A program made the position numbers and the translations under genes. From Candidatus Eiseniibacteriota bacterium (GTDB lineage: Bacteria; Eisenbacteria; RBG-16-71-46; JABDJR01): a DNA stretch of 64,000 nt. Under the pieces are notes generated by a model. The model did no database searches. It saw only the letters and a program-made list of their open reading frames with translations, and was not told the origin of the DNA. This document shows positions 9,701 through 19,900 of this stretch, one piece after another (within the stretch, counting starts at the first letter, position 1; each line of letters starts with the position of its first letter). The stretch lies in NCBI GenBank assembly GCA_963783375.1, contig CAWANH010000028.1, positions 1,376,001-1,440,000 on the forward strand. Reading direction: 5' to 3'.

Positions 9701-12700
9701 CCCGTGCCCGAGATGTCCACCCAGTCGAACACCGGCCCACCCGGATCGTCGCTGTCCTTCCAGCTGTAGCCGAAGTTGTCCGGCCCGCCGCTCCCCAGGA
9801 TCCCGAGGCGCGGGTCGACAGCGTCCTTGGCCAGATCCAGGGCGTCGGCCACCACCACCTGGGTTCCGAAGGCGGTGAGGGAGCGCGTATCGTAGGTGAG
9901 ATCGCTCCCCCCGGTGTTGGAGAGCACGAAGCTCTGGCTCTCCGCCTCGCCGGTCAGGAGATCGGCGTAGAGGCTGTCCGGACTCACCCCGGCCACCGGG
10001 GCGATCAGTCCCTCTCCGGTGAGATCCACGACGACGGTGGCTTCGTCGGCGTCGTTGCTCCCGATGGAGAGATGCCCCACGTCCGGACCGGCCGAGGTCG
10101 GTCCGTAGCGTACGGTGATCAGAGCCTCCTGGAGCGGGCTCAGGTTCAGCGGCAGCGAAACGCCGCTGAAGTCCACCGTGAAGTCCGAATCGTCCGACGT
10201 GATCGAGCTCACGGTGAGGAGGTCGGTCCCCACGTTGGCGATCCGGAAGGTCAACAGGTCCGGATAGCCCACGAACACCTGTCCGAAGTCCAGGGCCAGA
10301 GGGTTCACATCGATGTCCGGAGCCCCGGTCACGTTCAGGGTGGCGGGCACCTCCACCTGGGGCGCCGCCGGGTCGTTGGTGTTCACGTTCACGAACCCCT
10401 CGTAGCGGCCGCCGAAAAGGCCCTCCGCATTGAAGCGAACGTTGACGTGGGCGGTGTCGCCGGGGGCCACGGTCCCGGCCAGGGGATTGGCGCTCATCCA
10501 GTCGGGGGAGGAGGCGATGCGGATGGCCATGTCCTCGTGTACGTAGGTCGCGTTGTACACGACGGTGAGCCCGTCATCCTTGGTCGCGTTCTGGATCCCG
10601 ATGGTGACGCTGTTCTGGATGGCCCCCAGGGTGAGGTACTGGTAGAGGATGGTGCCGTTCGGGTAGAGCTGCACCTGGAAGGTGAAGTAGGGCCCTCCCG
10701 ACTGGCCGTAGTGGATGACGTTGTCGTACTGGACGATCAGCTTCGATCCGTCGTTGTAGTAGAAGACCTGCCCGCCCTGGGCGAAGTCCACCTTCATGTC
10801 GTCCCAGAAGACGGCCAGGAGGTTCTCGGGAACGCTGGAGCCGTCGTTGGGCAGGGCCACGTTGGAATAACCGGTCAGGCTGCTCGTGAAGCTGATCCAG
10901 CCGTTGGAGCAGACCCGGAAATCGCTGAACGTGTTCCCGTAGAAGTTGAAGTCGAAGCCGATCGGGAAGGGACCGGTGTTCCCGTCGTCGGCGGTGCTGG
11001 TGAAGACCGGCGTGCCGACGCCCGAGATGTCCGTCCAGTCGAAGAGCGGCCCGCCGACTTCGTCGCTGTCGATCCACTGGTAGCCGAAGCTGTCGGGCCC
11101 CCCGCTTCCCAGCACGCCCGGGTTGGAATCCGCGGCGCCCTTGGGCAGCTCCCCGGCCGAGGTGTACTGGGTCACCTGGGTGCCCAGATCCACCGCGATG
11201 TCGTAGTCCAGGTTCGCCCCGCCGTTGTTGGCGATGGTGAGCACCTGGTTCTCGGTTTGCCCGGTCAGCAGGTTGGAGGTCAGCGACGCCGGGTCGACCT
11301 GGAACTGGGGCGGCTCCACCCCCTCGCCGGCCAGGGACACCACCACCGAGGGGTTGTCGGGGTCGTCGCTGGCCAGGGTCATGGTGGCCGGGTACAGCTG
11401 GACGAGGGTCGGCGCGAAAATTACGTCCAGCCCCAGGCTCGACCGCGGCGGTACCGCGAACGAGGTCATGCCCGGCGTGTACGCCGCATCGCTCATCGAG
11501 ACGCTCGACACGTGGAGGGTGTCGGTCCCCGGGTTCCGCACCGCGAAGGTGTGGCTCGGGGTGGCCCCCAGGAACACCTGACCGAAGTCGAAGGACAGGG
11601 GCTCCACCGCGATGTCGGGGGCGCCGATGACGGTCAGGGTCACCGGGATGTCGAACGGGTTCTCATCGGGATCGTTGCTCCCGACGTGGATGGTCCCGTC
11701 GTAGGTCCCGCCCAGGAGCCCGCCGGCGTCGAAGGTCACGCCCAGGGTGGTGTTCCCGGGGCCGAACACCGTGCCGGCCGAGGGGCTCACCGTCATCCAC
11801 TGGGGAACCGCCTGGATACGGACGGCCAGGTTGTCGTGGACGTAGGCGGTGTTGAAGGCGACGTTGAATCCGTCGTTCTGCGCCGCGTTCTGGATCCCGA
11901 TGGTGGCGCTGTTGTTGGGGCTCCCCATGGAGAGATACTGGTACTCGATGCTCCCGTCGTCGTGCAGGATGGCCTGGAAGGAGTACGGCCCGCCGCCGCC
12001 GTAGTGGGCGACGTTGTTCCACTGCACGATCAGGGAGGACCCGTCGCTCTCGTAGTAGACGCCGCCTCCCGCAGCCACGTTCAGGTCGTCCCAGAAGGGG
12101 GCGATCAGGGTGGGGGGAGCGCCGGTGTTGGGGAGCGGCTGGTTGCCGTAGGCGGTGGAGTTGCTGGTCAGGCTCACGAACCCGTTCGAGCACACCCGGA
12201 AGTCGCTGTAGTCGACCCCGTAGAACGGGAAGGTGAATCCGATCGGGAAGGGACCGTTGTTGGTGTCGTCACCGGTGGTGATCGCCGCGGTCCCCGTGCC
12301 CGAGATGTCGGTCCACTGGAAGACGGGTCCGTAGGACTCGTCGCTGTCCACCCAGCGGTACCCGAAGGCGTCGGGGCCGCCGAAGCTGTCGATCACCGGA
12401 TCCCCGGTCCGCGCGTCCACCCCGCCCTTCGGAACGTCCACGAAGGCCTGGACGACCACCGGGTTGGTGATCAGCTCGGGGAGCGGGATCTCGAAGTCGA
12501 GGGTGGTGTTGGAGTTGAGGTTGCTCAGGGTGAGGTTCTGGAGCGAGGTGGCCCCGGTGAGGAGAGTCTCGGTCAGCGAGGTCGGCGTCACGTCGATGTC
12601 CGGCGCGCCCAGGGTGGTTCCCGAGGGGACGTTGGACAGCGGGCCGGCGTTTCCGAACTCGTCCAGGGCCTTCACCGCGAAGTAGTAGGTGGTGCTGAAA

Positions 12701-14235
12701 TCGAGTCCCGAGACCTGCATGGATTCCGGGGTTCCGGCGGCGCCGGGATCCGGAGGATTGTCGGCCGAGGTGGCCGACGAGAAGTTGGCCGGAGTGATCG
12801 CGCTCGTGGAGTAGCGCACATCGTAGCGGCTGGCGGTCCCGGTGTTGCCGTCGTCGCCCGGGGCCGTCCACGCGACGGTCATCCAGTTCGAGGCGGTCCC
12901 GGTCACGGCCAGGTCGGTGATCGCGCCCGGCGGAATGCTGTCCGGTTCCGCGATGGGCAGGAACGCGTTCAGCCGTGCCCCGGTGATGCACTTCCCGGTC
13001 AGGGACGGAATCGGGTCCGCGAAGTTCATGAGCAGGTTCTTCGCGTCGAGCGCCCCGATGTTGGGGAAGCGCCCGAAGATGAGCCCGAGGGCCCCCGAAA
13101 CGTGCGGGGTAGCCATCGAGGTGCCGCTGATCGAGCCGTAGGAGTTTCCCGGGAAGGTGGATAGGATGTCCACGCCGGGAGCGCCGAGGTCGACCGTGGT
13201 GGCGCCGTAGTTGGAGAAGTCGGCCAGCAGGTCGTCGTGGTCGGTGGCGGCCACCGAGACGATGTTGGGAAGATCGTAGGCCCCCGGGTAGTGGGGGTTC
13301 ACATCCATGTTGGCCCCCTCGTTCCCGGCCGCGGCGACGAAGAGGATGTTGTGGGCCCCGGCGTCCTGGATGGCGTCGTAGAGGGTCTGGGAGAAGCCGC
13401 CGCCTCCCCAGCTGTTGCTGGTGAGCCTTACCCCCATCATGGTGGCGTAGTAGACGGCGTCCACCGCGTCGTCGGTATAACCGGAGCCGCTGGAGTCCAG
13501 GAACTTGAGCCCCATGATCCTGATGTGCCAGTTCACACCGGCCACGCCGATCCCGTTGTTCCCGACCGCCCCGATGGTCCCGGACACGTGGCTCCCGTGT
13601 CCGGCGTCGTCCATGGGATCGTTATCGTTGTTGACGAAGTCCCATCCGTGGATGTCGTCGATGAACCCGTTCCCGTCGTCGTCGATCCCGTTCCCGGGGA
13701 TCTCGCCGGGGTTGGTCCAGATGTTGGCGGCGAGGTCGGGATGGGTGTAGTCCACGCCGGTGTCGATGACCCCGACCAGCACCGAATCCGACCCGGTGAA
13801 GACGTCCCATGCGTTGGTGGCGTGGATGTCCGCTCCCGCGGTGCCCCCGGTCTGTCCGGTGTTCTGCATGCCCCAGAGCTGCGGGAACATGGGGTCGTCG
13901 GGCACCTCATCGGCGGTGAGGACGTAGTTCGGTTCCGCGTACTCGACCTTGGGGTTTCCCTGGAGGCGGGCGATGGCCTCTTCCACCGTCATCCCGTCCT
14001 CGAGGTGGTTGAGTTCCGAGCGGATCCGGCCCCATGCTTTCATCTTCTGGCCGTGGATCTCGCCGCGGATCTGGTCCTTTTCGGCATGGGTGGTGTTCAC
14101 CTTGTACTTGACGATGATTTCGTTCGATGCGTGCGGGATGCCTCCCTGGTCCGCGGGCACCGGCGTCGCCGGTATGATCGCGGCGACCACGAGGAGGGCT
14201 AGCATCAGGGAAAAGAAGATCCCCAGCCTGGACAT
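6778..14235 (-). CDS. Giant secreted S8 subtilase (2485 aa): propeptide, S8 domain, FN3, four nidogen-like/Ig-like repeats, FlgD-Ig/T9SS-like C-terminal domain
   Basis: Signal peptide; triad motifs VIDTG, HGSHVSG, GTSMATP; WTAPGDDG FN3; four GGPDxxGYxWxDSD repeats; PNPF...WDGRD...SGIYFYRL tail. GGAGG RBS before the ATG at 14235. Confidence 0.9.
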   Translation of the reverse strand: MSRLGIFFSLMLALLVVAAIIPATPVPADQGGIPHASNEIIVKYKVNTTHAEKDQIRGEIHGQKMKAWGRIRSELNHLEDGMTVEEAIARLQGNPKVEYAEPNYVLTADEVPDDPMFPQLWGMQNTGQTGGTAGADIHATNAWDVFTGSDSVLVGVIDTGVDYTHPDLAANIWTNPGEIPGNGIDDDGNGFIDDIHGWDFVNNDNDPMDDAGHGSHVSGTIGAVGNNGIGVAGVNWHIRIMGLKFLDSSGSGYTDDAVDAVYYATMMGVRLTSNSWGGGGFSQTLYDAIQDAGAHNILFVAAAGNEGANMDVNPHYPGAYDLPNIVSVAATDHDDLLADFSNYGATTVDLGAPGVDILSTFPGNSYGSISGTSMATPHVSGALGLIFGRFPNIGALDAKNLLMNFADPIPSLTGKCITGARLNAFLPIAEPDSIPPGAITDLAVTGTASNWMTVAWTAPGDDGNTGTASRYDVRYSTSAITPANFSSATSADNPPDPGAAGTPESMQVSGLDFSTTYYFAVKALDEFGNAGPLSNVPSGTTLGAPDIDVTPTSLTETLLTGATSLQNLTLSNLNSNTTLDFEIPLPELITNPVVVQAFVDVPKGGVDARTGDPVIDSFGGPDAFGYRWVDSDESYGPVFQWTDISGTGTAAITTGDDTNNGPFPIGFTFPFYGVDYSDFRVCSNGFVSLTSNSTAYGNQPLPNTGAPPTLIAPFWDDLNVAAGGGVYYESDGSSLIVQWNNVAHYGGGGPYSFQAILHDDGSIEYQYLSMGSPNNSATIGIQNAAQNDGFNVAFNTAYVHDNLAVRIQAVPQWMTVSPSAGTVFGPGNTTLGVTFDAGGLLGGTYDGTIHVGSNDPDENPFDIPVTLTVIGAPDIAVEPLSFDFGQVFLGATPSHTFAVRNPGTDTLHVSSVSMSDAAYTPGMTSFAVPPRSSLGLDVIFAPTLVQLYPATMTLASDDPDNPSVVVSLAGEGVEPPQFQVDPASLTSNLLTGQTENQVLTIANNGGANLDYDIAVDLGTQVTQYTSAGELPKGAADSNPGVLGSGGPDSFGYQWIDSDEVGGPLFDWTDISGVGTPVFTSTADDGNTGPFPIGFDFNFYGNTFSDFRVCSNGWISFTSSLTGYSNVALPNDGSSVPENLLAVFWDDMKVDFAQGGQVFYYNDGSKLIVQYDNVIHYGQSGGPYFTFQVQLYPNGTILYQYLTLGAIQNSVTIGIQNATKDDGLTVVYNATYVHEDMAIRIASSPDWMSANPLAGTVAPGDTAHVNVRFNAEGLFGGRYEGFVNVNTNDPAAPQVEVPATLNVTGAPDIDVNPLALDFGQVFVGYPDLLTFRIANVGTDLLTVSSITSDDSDFTVDFSGVSLPLNLSPLQEALITVRYGPTSAGPDVGHLSIGSNDADEATVVVDLTGEGLIAPVAGVSPDSLYADLLTGEAESQSFVLSNTGGSDLTYDTRSLTAFGTQVVVADALDLAKDAVDPRLGILGSGGPDNFGYSWKDSDDPGGPVFDWVDISGTGTPVFSSRSDDVNHGPFPIGFDFSFYGNVFNTFRVSSNGWVSFTNTTTDLSNDPLPSAGGPENLLAPFWDDMVVDPAYGGEVYYEYDGSKLIIQYDSVLKYNNTTPPYYTFEILLYPNGSIIYQYLTLGSTLNSCTVGIQNDARDDGLNVVYNDDYLHDAMAIRLATSPDWLSANPASGIIPPGGSATINVLFNAAGLFGGRYEGAVQVLSNDPAHGLLSVAATLDVTGVARIGFDPTTVDFGDVYVGYPDTLDLVVTNIGTDHLSVSSMTPGLGDYSVDPSTLELEPLQSQTVRVAFSPSASGPRNSLLTVMSNDPDSPHMVNLAGVGVDPPAMTMAPETMIGASLPGDVQTKTMTLCNTGGSDLTYSMTWGETSGSQSVQAYGYQEIPKGTDVEGAAQPVDPRPGILGSGGPDAYGYTWIDSDDPTGPAFDWVDISGVGTPIDFGGSYRDDANSGALPIGFSFPFYGQSFSDVRACTNGWLSFTSSATSYSNQPLPNGGAPENLLALFWDDMVYDESNGGAAYYYYDGTRTVFQFDHVRKLGYFTAPYFSYEVILYPNGNILYQYLSLTGPLDSATIGIQNGTQDDGLTVAYNDAYAHENLAILFSSRPQWLSVSPESGVLAAGECVDLTVTMDATDLAEDDYFGNVHASSNDPANPAGEDMAVVFHVRTVYAVSSSVNPNTLNLSSNGKYVTAQVELPPEFDPHDIVIETVRLNGTVPADPNKVSYIGAAIQFKFSRSAVEAVLGEGDSVVVVVTGEILDTAFFRAENVIRVINPHVLSPNGGERLPVGGAVDVVWTNPQGWNVDHADLYYTADDGVSWNVVAQDIQAETYTWMVPDAISSTARLRVYLYDNQGIMGYDSSDDPFEITGAFTGTGPVLPIAHALRQNAPNPFLGATRIAFDLPADETVNLVIYDVSGRAVRVLERNQLPAGTHIRAWDGRDGSGHSLASGIYFYRLTAGSFTATKRMFLMK
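7700..12600 (-). repeat. Four tandem ~1.3 kb intragenic repeat units (about 426-440 aa)
   Basis: GGPD motifs start at about 12381, 11103, 9789 and 8469. Each unit has PIGFxFxFYG, FWDD, IxYQYL and IGIQN, then SNDP-type Ig modules. Boundaries are approximate. Confidence 0.85.
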
Positions 14236-14638
14236 GGTTCTACCTCCGACTGGAATTGAGGGGATGCCGCAACAGGAATGCACCGATCCCGTGCAGGCAA
14301 GCACGTGGCATCACGACGACCCCCCCGGTGGGTCCTTGTTCGACGAACAGGTCGGGAGGCGGTTCAGGGGTCGGAGGCCGTTTCCGTACGGGACCGGGGA
14401 GGGCTATCCAAGTTGCCGGTCCCGGAGGTGAGGGCCCAAGCTTCGGGATCCGAAGCGCCTGACCAAACTCCCCAGCGTAGCCCATTCTTACTACTTTCAG
14501 GCTTGAACTGGCAATGATTTTTACAATCAGTACATACTTTGTCACCACCCCGCAGGAGCGAAGTCAATTTCAGCGCAGTTTCCGGCAGCGGAAGGAGTTC
14601 CCCGGCCGGGAGGCCGGCGCCGGACCGCCTGTCTCCGT

Positions 14639-15718
14639 TCAAAACAGGGTGAGCTGGGGGCCGGGAGGGCGCCGAAAGGCTTCGGTGGAGAGCTCCACCC
14701 GGGCCGAGTCCAGGCCGGCTCGCTTCCGGGCCAGGTCGAACAGGGTCCGGATTTCCCGGGCGTAGACCCCTTCCCCCTCCATGCGCGCCCCGAATCGGGG
14801 GTCGTTGAGCTTCCCGCCCCGCAGGGCCCGGATCCGGTTCAGCACCTTGTCCCGGCGGGCGGGAAAATGGGTCTCGAGCCAGCGCTCGAAGAGCGGCGCC
14901 ACCGCGTGGGGAAGCCGGAGCACGGTGTAGGAGACCCCGCTCGCGCCGGCCTCGGCGGCGGCGGACACCAGGGCGGGGATCTCCGGCTCGGTCAGCCCCG
15001 GGATCACCGGCGCCACCATCACCCCGACCGGGATCCCCGCCTCCGCGAGCGCGCGCACCGCGTCCAGCCGGCGACGGGGGCTCGAGGTCCGGGGCTCCAT
15101 CACGCTCCGCAACGCGTCGTCGAGGGTGGTGATGGACACCGACACCGAGACCGCCCGGTGGCGGGCCAGCTCGGCCAGAAGATCCACGTCCCGGGTCACC
15201 AGGTGGTTCTTGGTGATGACCGCGACGGGATTCCGGAATTCCGCCAGGACCTCCAGGCAGCGCCGGGTGAGCCCGAGTCGTTTTTCCACCGGCTGGTAGG
15301 GATCGGTGACCCCGCTCAAGGCCAGCGTCCTGGGTTCCCATCGGGGCGAGGCGAGCGCCTTCCGCAGGAGTTCCGGCGCGTCCTCCTTCACCATGATCCG
15401 GGTCTCGAAGTCGAGCCCGGCGGAGAGGCCGAAGTACTCGTGGGTGGGCCGGGCGTAGCAGTAGATGCAGCCGTGCTCGCACCCGCGGTAGGGATTGAGG
15501 CTGGCGTCGAATCCCACGTCGGGGCTCGTGTTGGTGGCGATCACCGACCGGCCGCGGTCACGGTAGAAGCGGGTGGGCACCCCCGCGCTCATCTCGTGCT
15601 CGGTCTCGGGGTCCGGGACGACCCCGATCTCCTCGAACCGATTGGGCGGGTTGGCCCCCGCCCCCCGGCCGCGGACGCGGGGGGGCGGCCCCGCGGATTC
15701 CTGGAGTTCTTCGTGCAT
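14639..15718 (-). CDS. Radical SAM protein, PA0069/Rv2578c (SPL-like) family
   Basis: SLNPYRGCEHGCIYCYARPTHEY (CxxxCxxC), TDPYQP, C-terminal QLTLF. Start set at MHEELQ. Confidence 0.9.
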   Translation of the reverse strand: MHEELQESAGPPPRVRGRGAGANPPNRFEEIGVVPDPETEHEMSAGVPTRFYRDRGRSVIATNTSPDVGFDASLNPYRGCEHGCIYCYARPTHEYFGLSAGLDFETRIMVKEDAPELLRKALASPRWEPRTLALSGVTDPYQPVEKRLGLTRRCLEVLAEFRNPVAVITKNHLVTRDVDLLAELARHRAVSVSVSITTLDDALRSVMEPRTSSPRRRLDAVRALAEAGIPVGVMVAPVIPGLTEPEIPALVSAAAEAGASGVSYTVLRLPHAVAPLFERWLETHFPARRDKVLNRIRALRGGKLNDPRFGARMEGEGVYAREIRTLFDLARKRAGLDSARVELSTEAFRRPPGPQLTLF

Positions 15719-15764
15719 GGTTCTCTTTCCGGGGGAAAGCCGGCGAGTCGGCGCGCTCCGGGTC

Positions 15765-15793
15765 AGGGTAGCAGGGACCTCCGAAAAAGCCAA
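15765..15793 (-). promoter_or_regulatory. Putative sigma70 promoter of the radical SAM gene
   Basis: TTGGCT-N17-TACCCT on the minus strand. Confidence 0.35.
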
Positions 15794-16076
15794 GCATGCG
15801 TTTAGTATTCCGCCGCCTCCCGCACCGCCCGCCGAGGCCTCGGCGGGGCGGACACCGCCGTTTGGGGTCGGGAAGGAATCGGAGCAACTTCTCCCGCGCT
15901 TCCCGCGTCTAGAACGAAGTCGAAGGAGAAGGTGCGCCGGCCGGCGGCGCCGGCGGAGGAGCCGGCGACGGCCGCCCGAAGGGCCGACGATCGCCGCCGG
16001 GCCGGGACGCGTTACCATCCCGACTTCCCGTCTACCCGGCCCAAGCCGCGTCGCCAACCGGAGAGAAGAGGTCGTC

Positions 16077-16991
16077 ATGCTCGAGATCCGCGATCTGGTC
16101 AAGGTCTACCCCGGCCCCGTGGTCGCCCTCCAGGACGTGAGGCTGGACATCCCCACCGGCATGTTCGGGCTCCTGGGCCCGAACGGCGCGGGAAAGACCA
16201 CCCTGATGCGCATCCTGGCCGGGCTCCTCGAACCCACCTCGGGATCGGTCACCCTGGACGGCGATCCGATCCTGGAGAACCCGAAGCGGCTCTGGGAGCG
16301 TCTCGGCTACCTCCCCCAGGACTTCGGGTTCTATCCGCACCTGACCGGGGACGCCATGCTCGCCTATCTCCTGAACCTGAAGGGGGTGCGGGGGAACGGC
16401 AGCTCCAAGGCGCTCCGCGCCGAGCTCCTGGAGCGGGTGAACCTGACCTTCGCCGCCAAGCGCAAGGTGAAGTCCTACTCGGGGGGGATGCGCCAGCGCC
16501 TGGGGATCGCCCAGGCGGTGGCCGGCGACCCGCGGCTGATCATCGTGGACGAGCCGACCGCCGGGCTCGATCCCGAGGAGCGCATCCGCTTCTACCGCAT
16601 CCTGGCCGAGCTGGCCGAGAACCGCACGGTGATCCTCTCCACCCACATCGTGGAGGACGTGGCCGTCCTCTGCCCCCGCTTCGCGGTCATTCGCGAGGGG
16701 CGGGTGATCGCGCGCACCACCCCCACCGCGGCCCGCGAGGCCATCGAGGGGGCGGTGTTCGAGGGCCGGGTCGCCGGCGGCGACCTGGAGGAACTCGGCC
16801 GGAAGCACGTGGTGACCCAGGCCATCCTGGTGGAGGGGAAGAACCGGGTGCGGATCTACTCTCCCGACGCACCCCCGCCCGCGGGCTTCGATCCGGTCCC
16901 CGCCACCCTCGAGGACGCCTACCTGGTCCTCATGCGGACGGGTAACGCGGGCCTGGCCGAGACCCTGGCCGCGGCGGGAGCGGAATCATGA
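16077..16991 (+). CDS. ABC transporter ATP-binding protein
   Basis: Walker [17 protein letters not shown] signature, IVDEPT, STH. Overlaps the next gene by ATGA. Confidence 0.93.
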   Translation: MLEIRDLVKVYPGPVVALQDVRLDIPTGMFGLLGPNGAGKTTLMRILAGLLEPTSGSVTLDGDPILENPKRLWERLGYLPQDFGFYPHLTGDAMLAYLLNLKGVRGNGSSKALRAELLERVNLTFAAKRKVKSYSGGMRQRLGIAQAVAGDPRLIIVDEPTAGLDPEERIRFYRILAELAENRTVILSTHIVEDVAVLCPRFAVIREGRVIARTTPTAAREAIEGAVFEGRVAGGDLEELGRKHVVTQAILVEGKNRVRIYSPDAPPPAGFDPVPATLEDAYLVLMRTGNAGLAETLAAAGAES

Positions 16992-19900
16992 ACCTCCGCC
17001 GGATCCGCCAGGAATTCGGGATGGAGTTCGCCCATGACCTGAAGCGCCCCCTGTTCTGGGTGCTGATCGTCATCCTGGGGCTCACCGCCTGGGGCCTCTC
17101 CTCGGGGCAGATGCGCATCTCCTCCGGGGATTCCACCGTGGGGGGCACCAAGGCCTGGATCACCTCGATGTACGCGGTGAGCCAGATGATCTCCATGGTG
17201 GTGATGATGTTCTACGCCTTCTTCGTGGCGGTGGCCGCGGGGATGACGGTGATTCGCGACGATGAGCTCAAGGTGGGCGAACTCCTCCATGCGACCCCCC
17301 TCACCCCCGGCGAGTACGTCTGGGGGCGCTTCGCCGGGGTGACGGCCACGTTCCTGGTCGCCCTGGCTCTCCAGATGCTCCTGATGATCTTCTTCGCCTA
17401 CGTCTTTCCCCACCCCGGCAAGGAGGAGATGTTCGGCCCCTTCACGGCGGTCCACTACGCGGTCCCCGCCCTGGTGTTCGCGCTCCCCACCATCCTCTTC
17501 TTCGCCGGGGTCGCCTTCGCCCTCGGAATCTTCACCCGGAAACCCATCCTGGTCTTCATGTTCCCCCTGGCCGCGCTTCTCATCGTGGCCTTCTTCATGT
17601 GGGATTGGTCTCCGACCTGGCTTGCCCTCCGGTGGAACCGGCTCCTCATGGTGCTGGATCCGTCCGGGTTCCGCTGGTTGAACGAGACCTGGCTCAAGGT
17701 CGACCGCGGGGTGGACTTCTACAACACCGCCCCCGTCCGCTACGACGTCTACTTCCTGGTGAACCGGCTGCTCTGTCTGGTTCTGGGGTTCGCGGCGGTG
17801 GCGCTGGCCGGGTGGCGCTTTGCCCGTACCCTCCGAGGCTCCGCCGCGCCCCGGGGCCGGCGTTTCGGCCTCGGGCGGGCGCACACCGGCCCGTGGGGCG
17901 TCTCCGAGACCGGGGGCGCGGCCGAACCCGCGACCCTCCCCACGGTCCGCCGTCCCCTGAGCGAGCTGGGGATGCGGGGCTCCGCTCCGGGTTTTCTCCG
18001 GGGAACCTGGGAAGTGCTGCGGGTGGAACTTCGCGAGCTTCGGAGCCAGCCCGGGCTCTACCTCTTCGTGCCGATCATCCTCCTCCAGGTGATCGGGACG
18101 GCCCTGGTGGCCAACGGGGCGTTCTCGACCCCGCTCCTCCACACCCCCGGCACCCTGGCGGTGCGGAGCATGAACACCCTGACCCTGTTGATCGTGCTCC
18201 TGGTGCTCTTCTACACCGTGGAGTCCCTGGAACGGGAGCGGAACACCGGCTTCGGATCGATCTTCCACGCCGCCCCGCTTCGCACCGGTTCGATCCTCCT
18301 GGGGAAGACCCTGGCCAACAGCGTGGTGGGGCTGGTGGTGGTGCTGGCCACCTTCGTGGCCTGCGCGATCGTGCTGATCATCCAGGGGCGGATCGCCTTC
18401 GATCTCCGCCCGTTCCTTCTCGTCTGGGGGGCGCTCCTCATCCCCACCGTGGTGGCCTGGACCGCCTTCACCGCCGCGCTCTGGGCGATCACCCGGAACC
18501 GGTTCACCACCTACGCCCTGGGTCTGGGCGTGCTGATCCTGACCGGCTACCTCCAGACCATCGGGAAGATGAACTGGGCGGGGAACTGGGACATCTGGTC
18601 GGCGCTCCGCTGGAGCGACATGGGGACCTTCGAGCTGGACCGGACCGCCATCCTCCTCAACCGGATCGAGGTCCTGGCCCTGGCCGCGTTCTTCCTGGGG
18701 CTCACGGTGAAGCTCTTCCCGCGCCGGGACCTCGACCCGATACGGACCCTGGGGCGGCTCCGGCCCGGCGCGCTCCTCCGGGGATCCCTTCCGCTCCTGC
18801 CGGCCCTGGCGGTGGCGGGGATCGCCGCCGGCATGCTGATCCACGACGTGAACGCGGGATTCCAGGGGGGCGCGGCCAAGAAGCTGGCCAAGGACTACTG
18901 GCGGAAGAACATCGCCACCTACAAGGACTACCCGCTCCCCTCGTTCACCCACGTGGACCTCAAGGTGGACCTCACGCCCCGGAGTCGCGGCCTGGCGGTC
19001 GAGGGCGCCTACCACTTCGTGAACCGGGACCGGAAGACCCTGGATCGGGTGCCGCTCACCGGCGGGCTCCACTGGAAGGATCTGGAGTGGACGATGAACG
19101 GGGAGAAGGCGACTCCCGAGGACCGCTCCCACCTCTACGTGTTCACCCCGCCCGCGCCCCTGGCCCCCGGGGACTCGCTCATCATCGGGTTCCGGTTCCA
19201 CGGCCGCTATCCGGACGGCATCACCAAGAACGGCGGCGGGAACGATGAGTTCATCCTTCCGTCGGGGGTGGTGCTCACCAGCTTCCGGCCCACCATGGCG
19301 CCGCTCCTGGGCTTCCAGGAGGGGGTCGGGGTGGACAAGGACAACTCCTACGACTCCAAGGAATATCCGGACGATTTCTACGTGGGACGAACCAAGAGCG
19401 CCTTCGGAGTCGACCGGCCCTTCACCACCCACATCGAGGTCTCGGGGCCGGCCGGGTACACCCTGAACTCGGTGGGGACCCTGGTGAGCGACACCGCGGA
19501 CGGCGACCGGCACACCGCGGTGTGGGTGAGCGACCGCCCGGTGACGTTCTTCAACGTGGTGGCCGGACGATGGGACGTCCGCGACGGCGAGGGGACCCGG
19601 ATCTTCTACCACCCCGCCCACCGCGTGAACGTCGAGGAGATGGGTGAGGCTCTGGACGCGGCCCGGAAATACTACTCGGAGTGGTTCATGCCCTTCCCCT
19701 GGAAGGAGCTGAAGCTGAGCGAGTTTCCGGACATGGCCCGCTACGCCCAGGGATTTCCCACCGACATCACCTTTTCCGAGGGAATCGGGTTCCTGACCAA
19801 GAGCGATCCCAAGACCAATCTCGCCTCCATGGTCACCGCCCACGAGTCGGCCCACCAGTGGTGGGGAAACATCCTGAACCCGGGGGAGGGACCGGGGGGG

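Noticed and set aside
7048-13164. 2038-aa plus-strand ORF, and other long antisense ORFs such as 1317-4487, 16919-20614, 24670-27441 and 42350-44896
   Set aside because: Shadow frames of real genes in high-GC DNA, with no recognisable motifs and biased G/V/R/H composition.
14293-14312. Possible sigma54 site upstream of the S8 gene (TGCCACGTGCTTGC)
   Set aside because: Lacks the invariant GG and the GG-N10-GC spacing.
15719-16102. N-terminal extensions of the radical SAM and ABC ATPase ORFs that overlap each other
   Set aside because: Arg/Pro-rich non-coding-like translation. Family motifs begin after the ATGs at 15718 and 16077.
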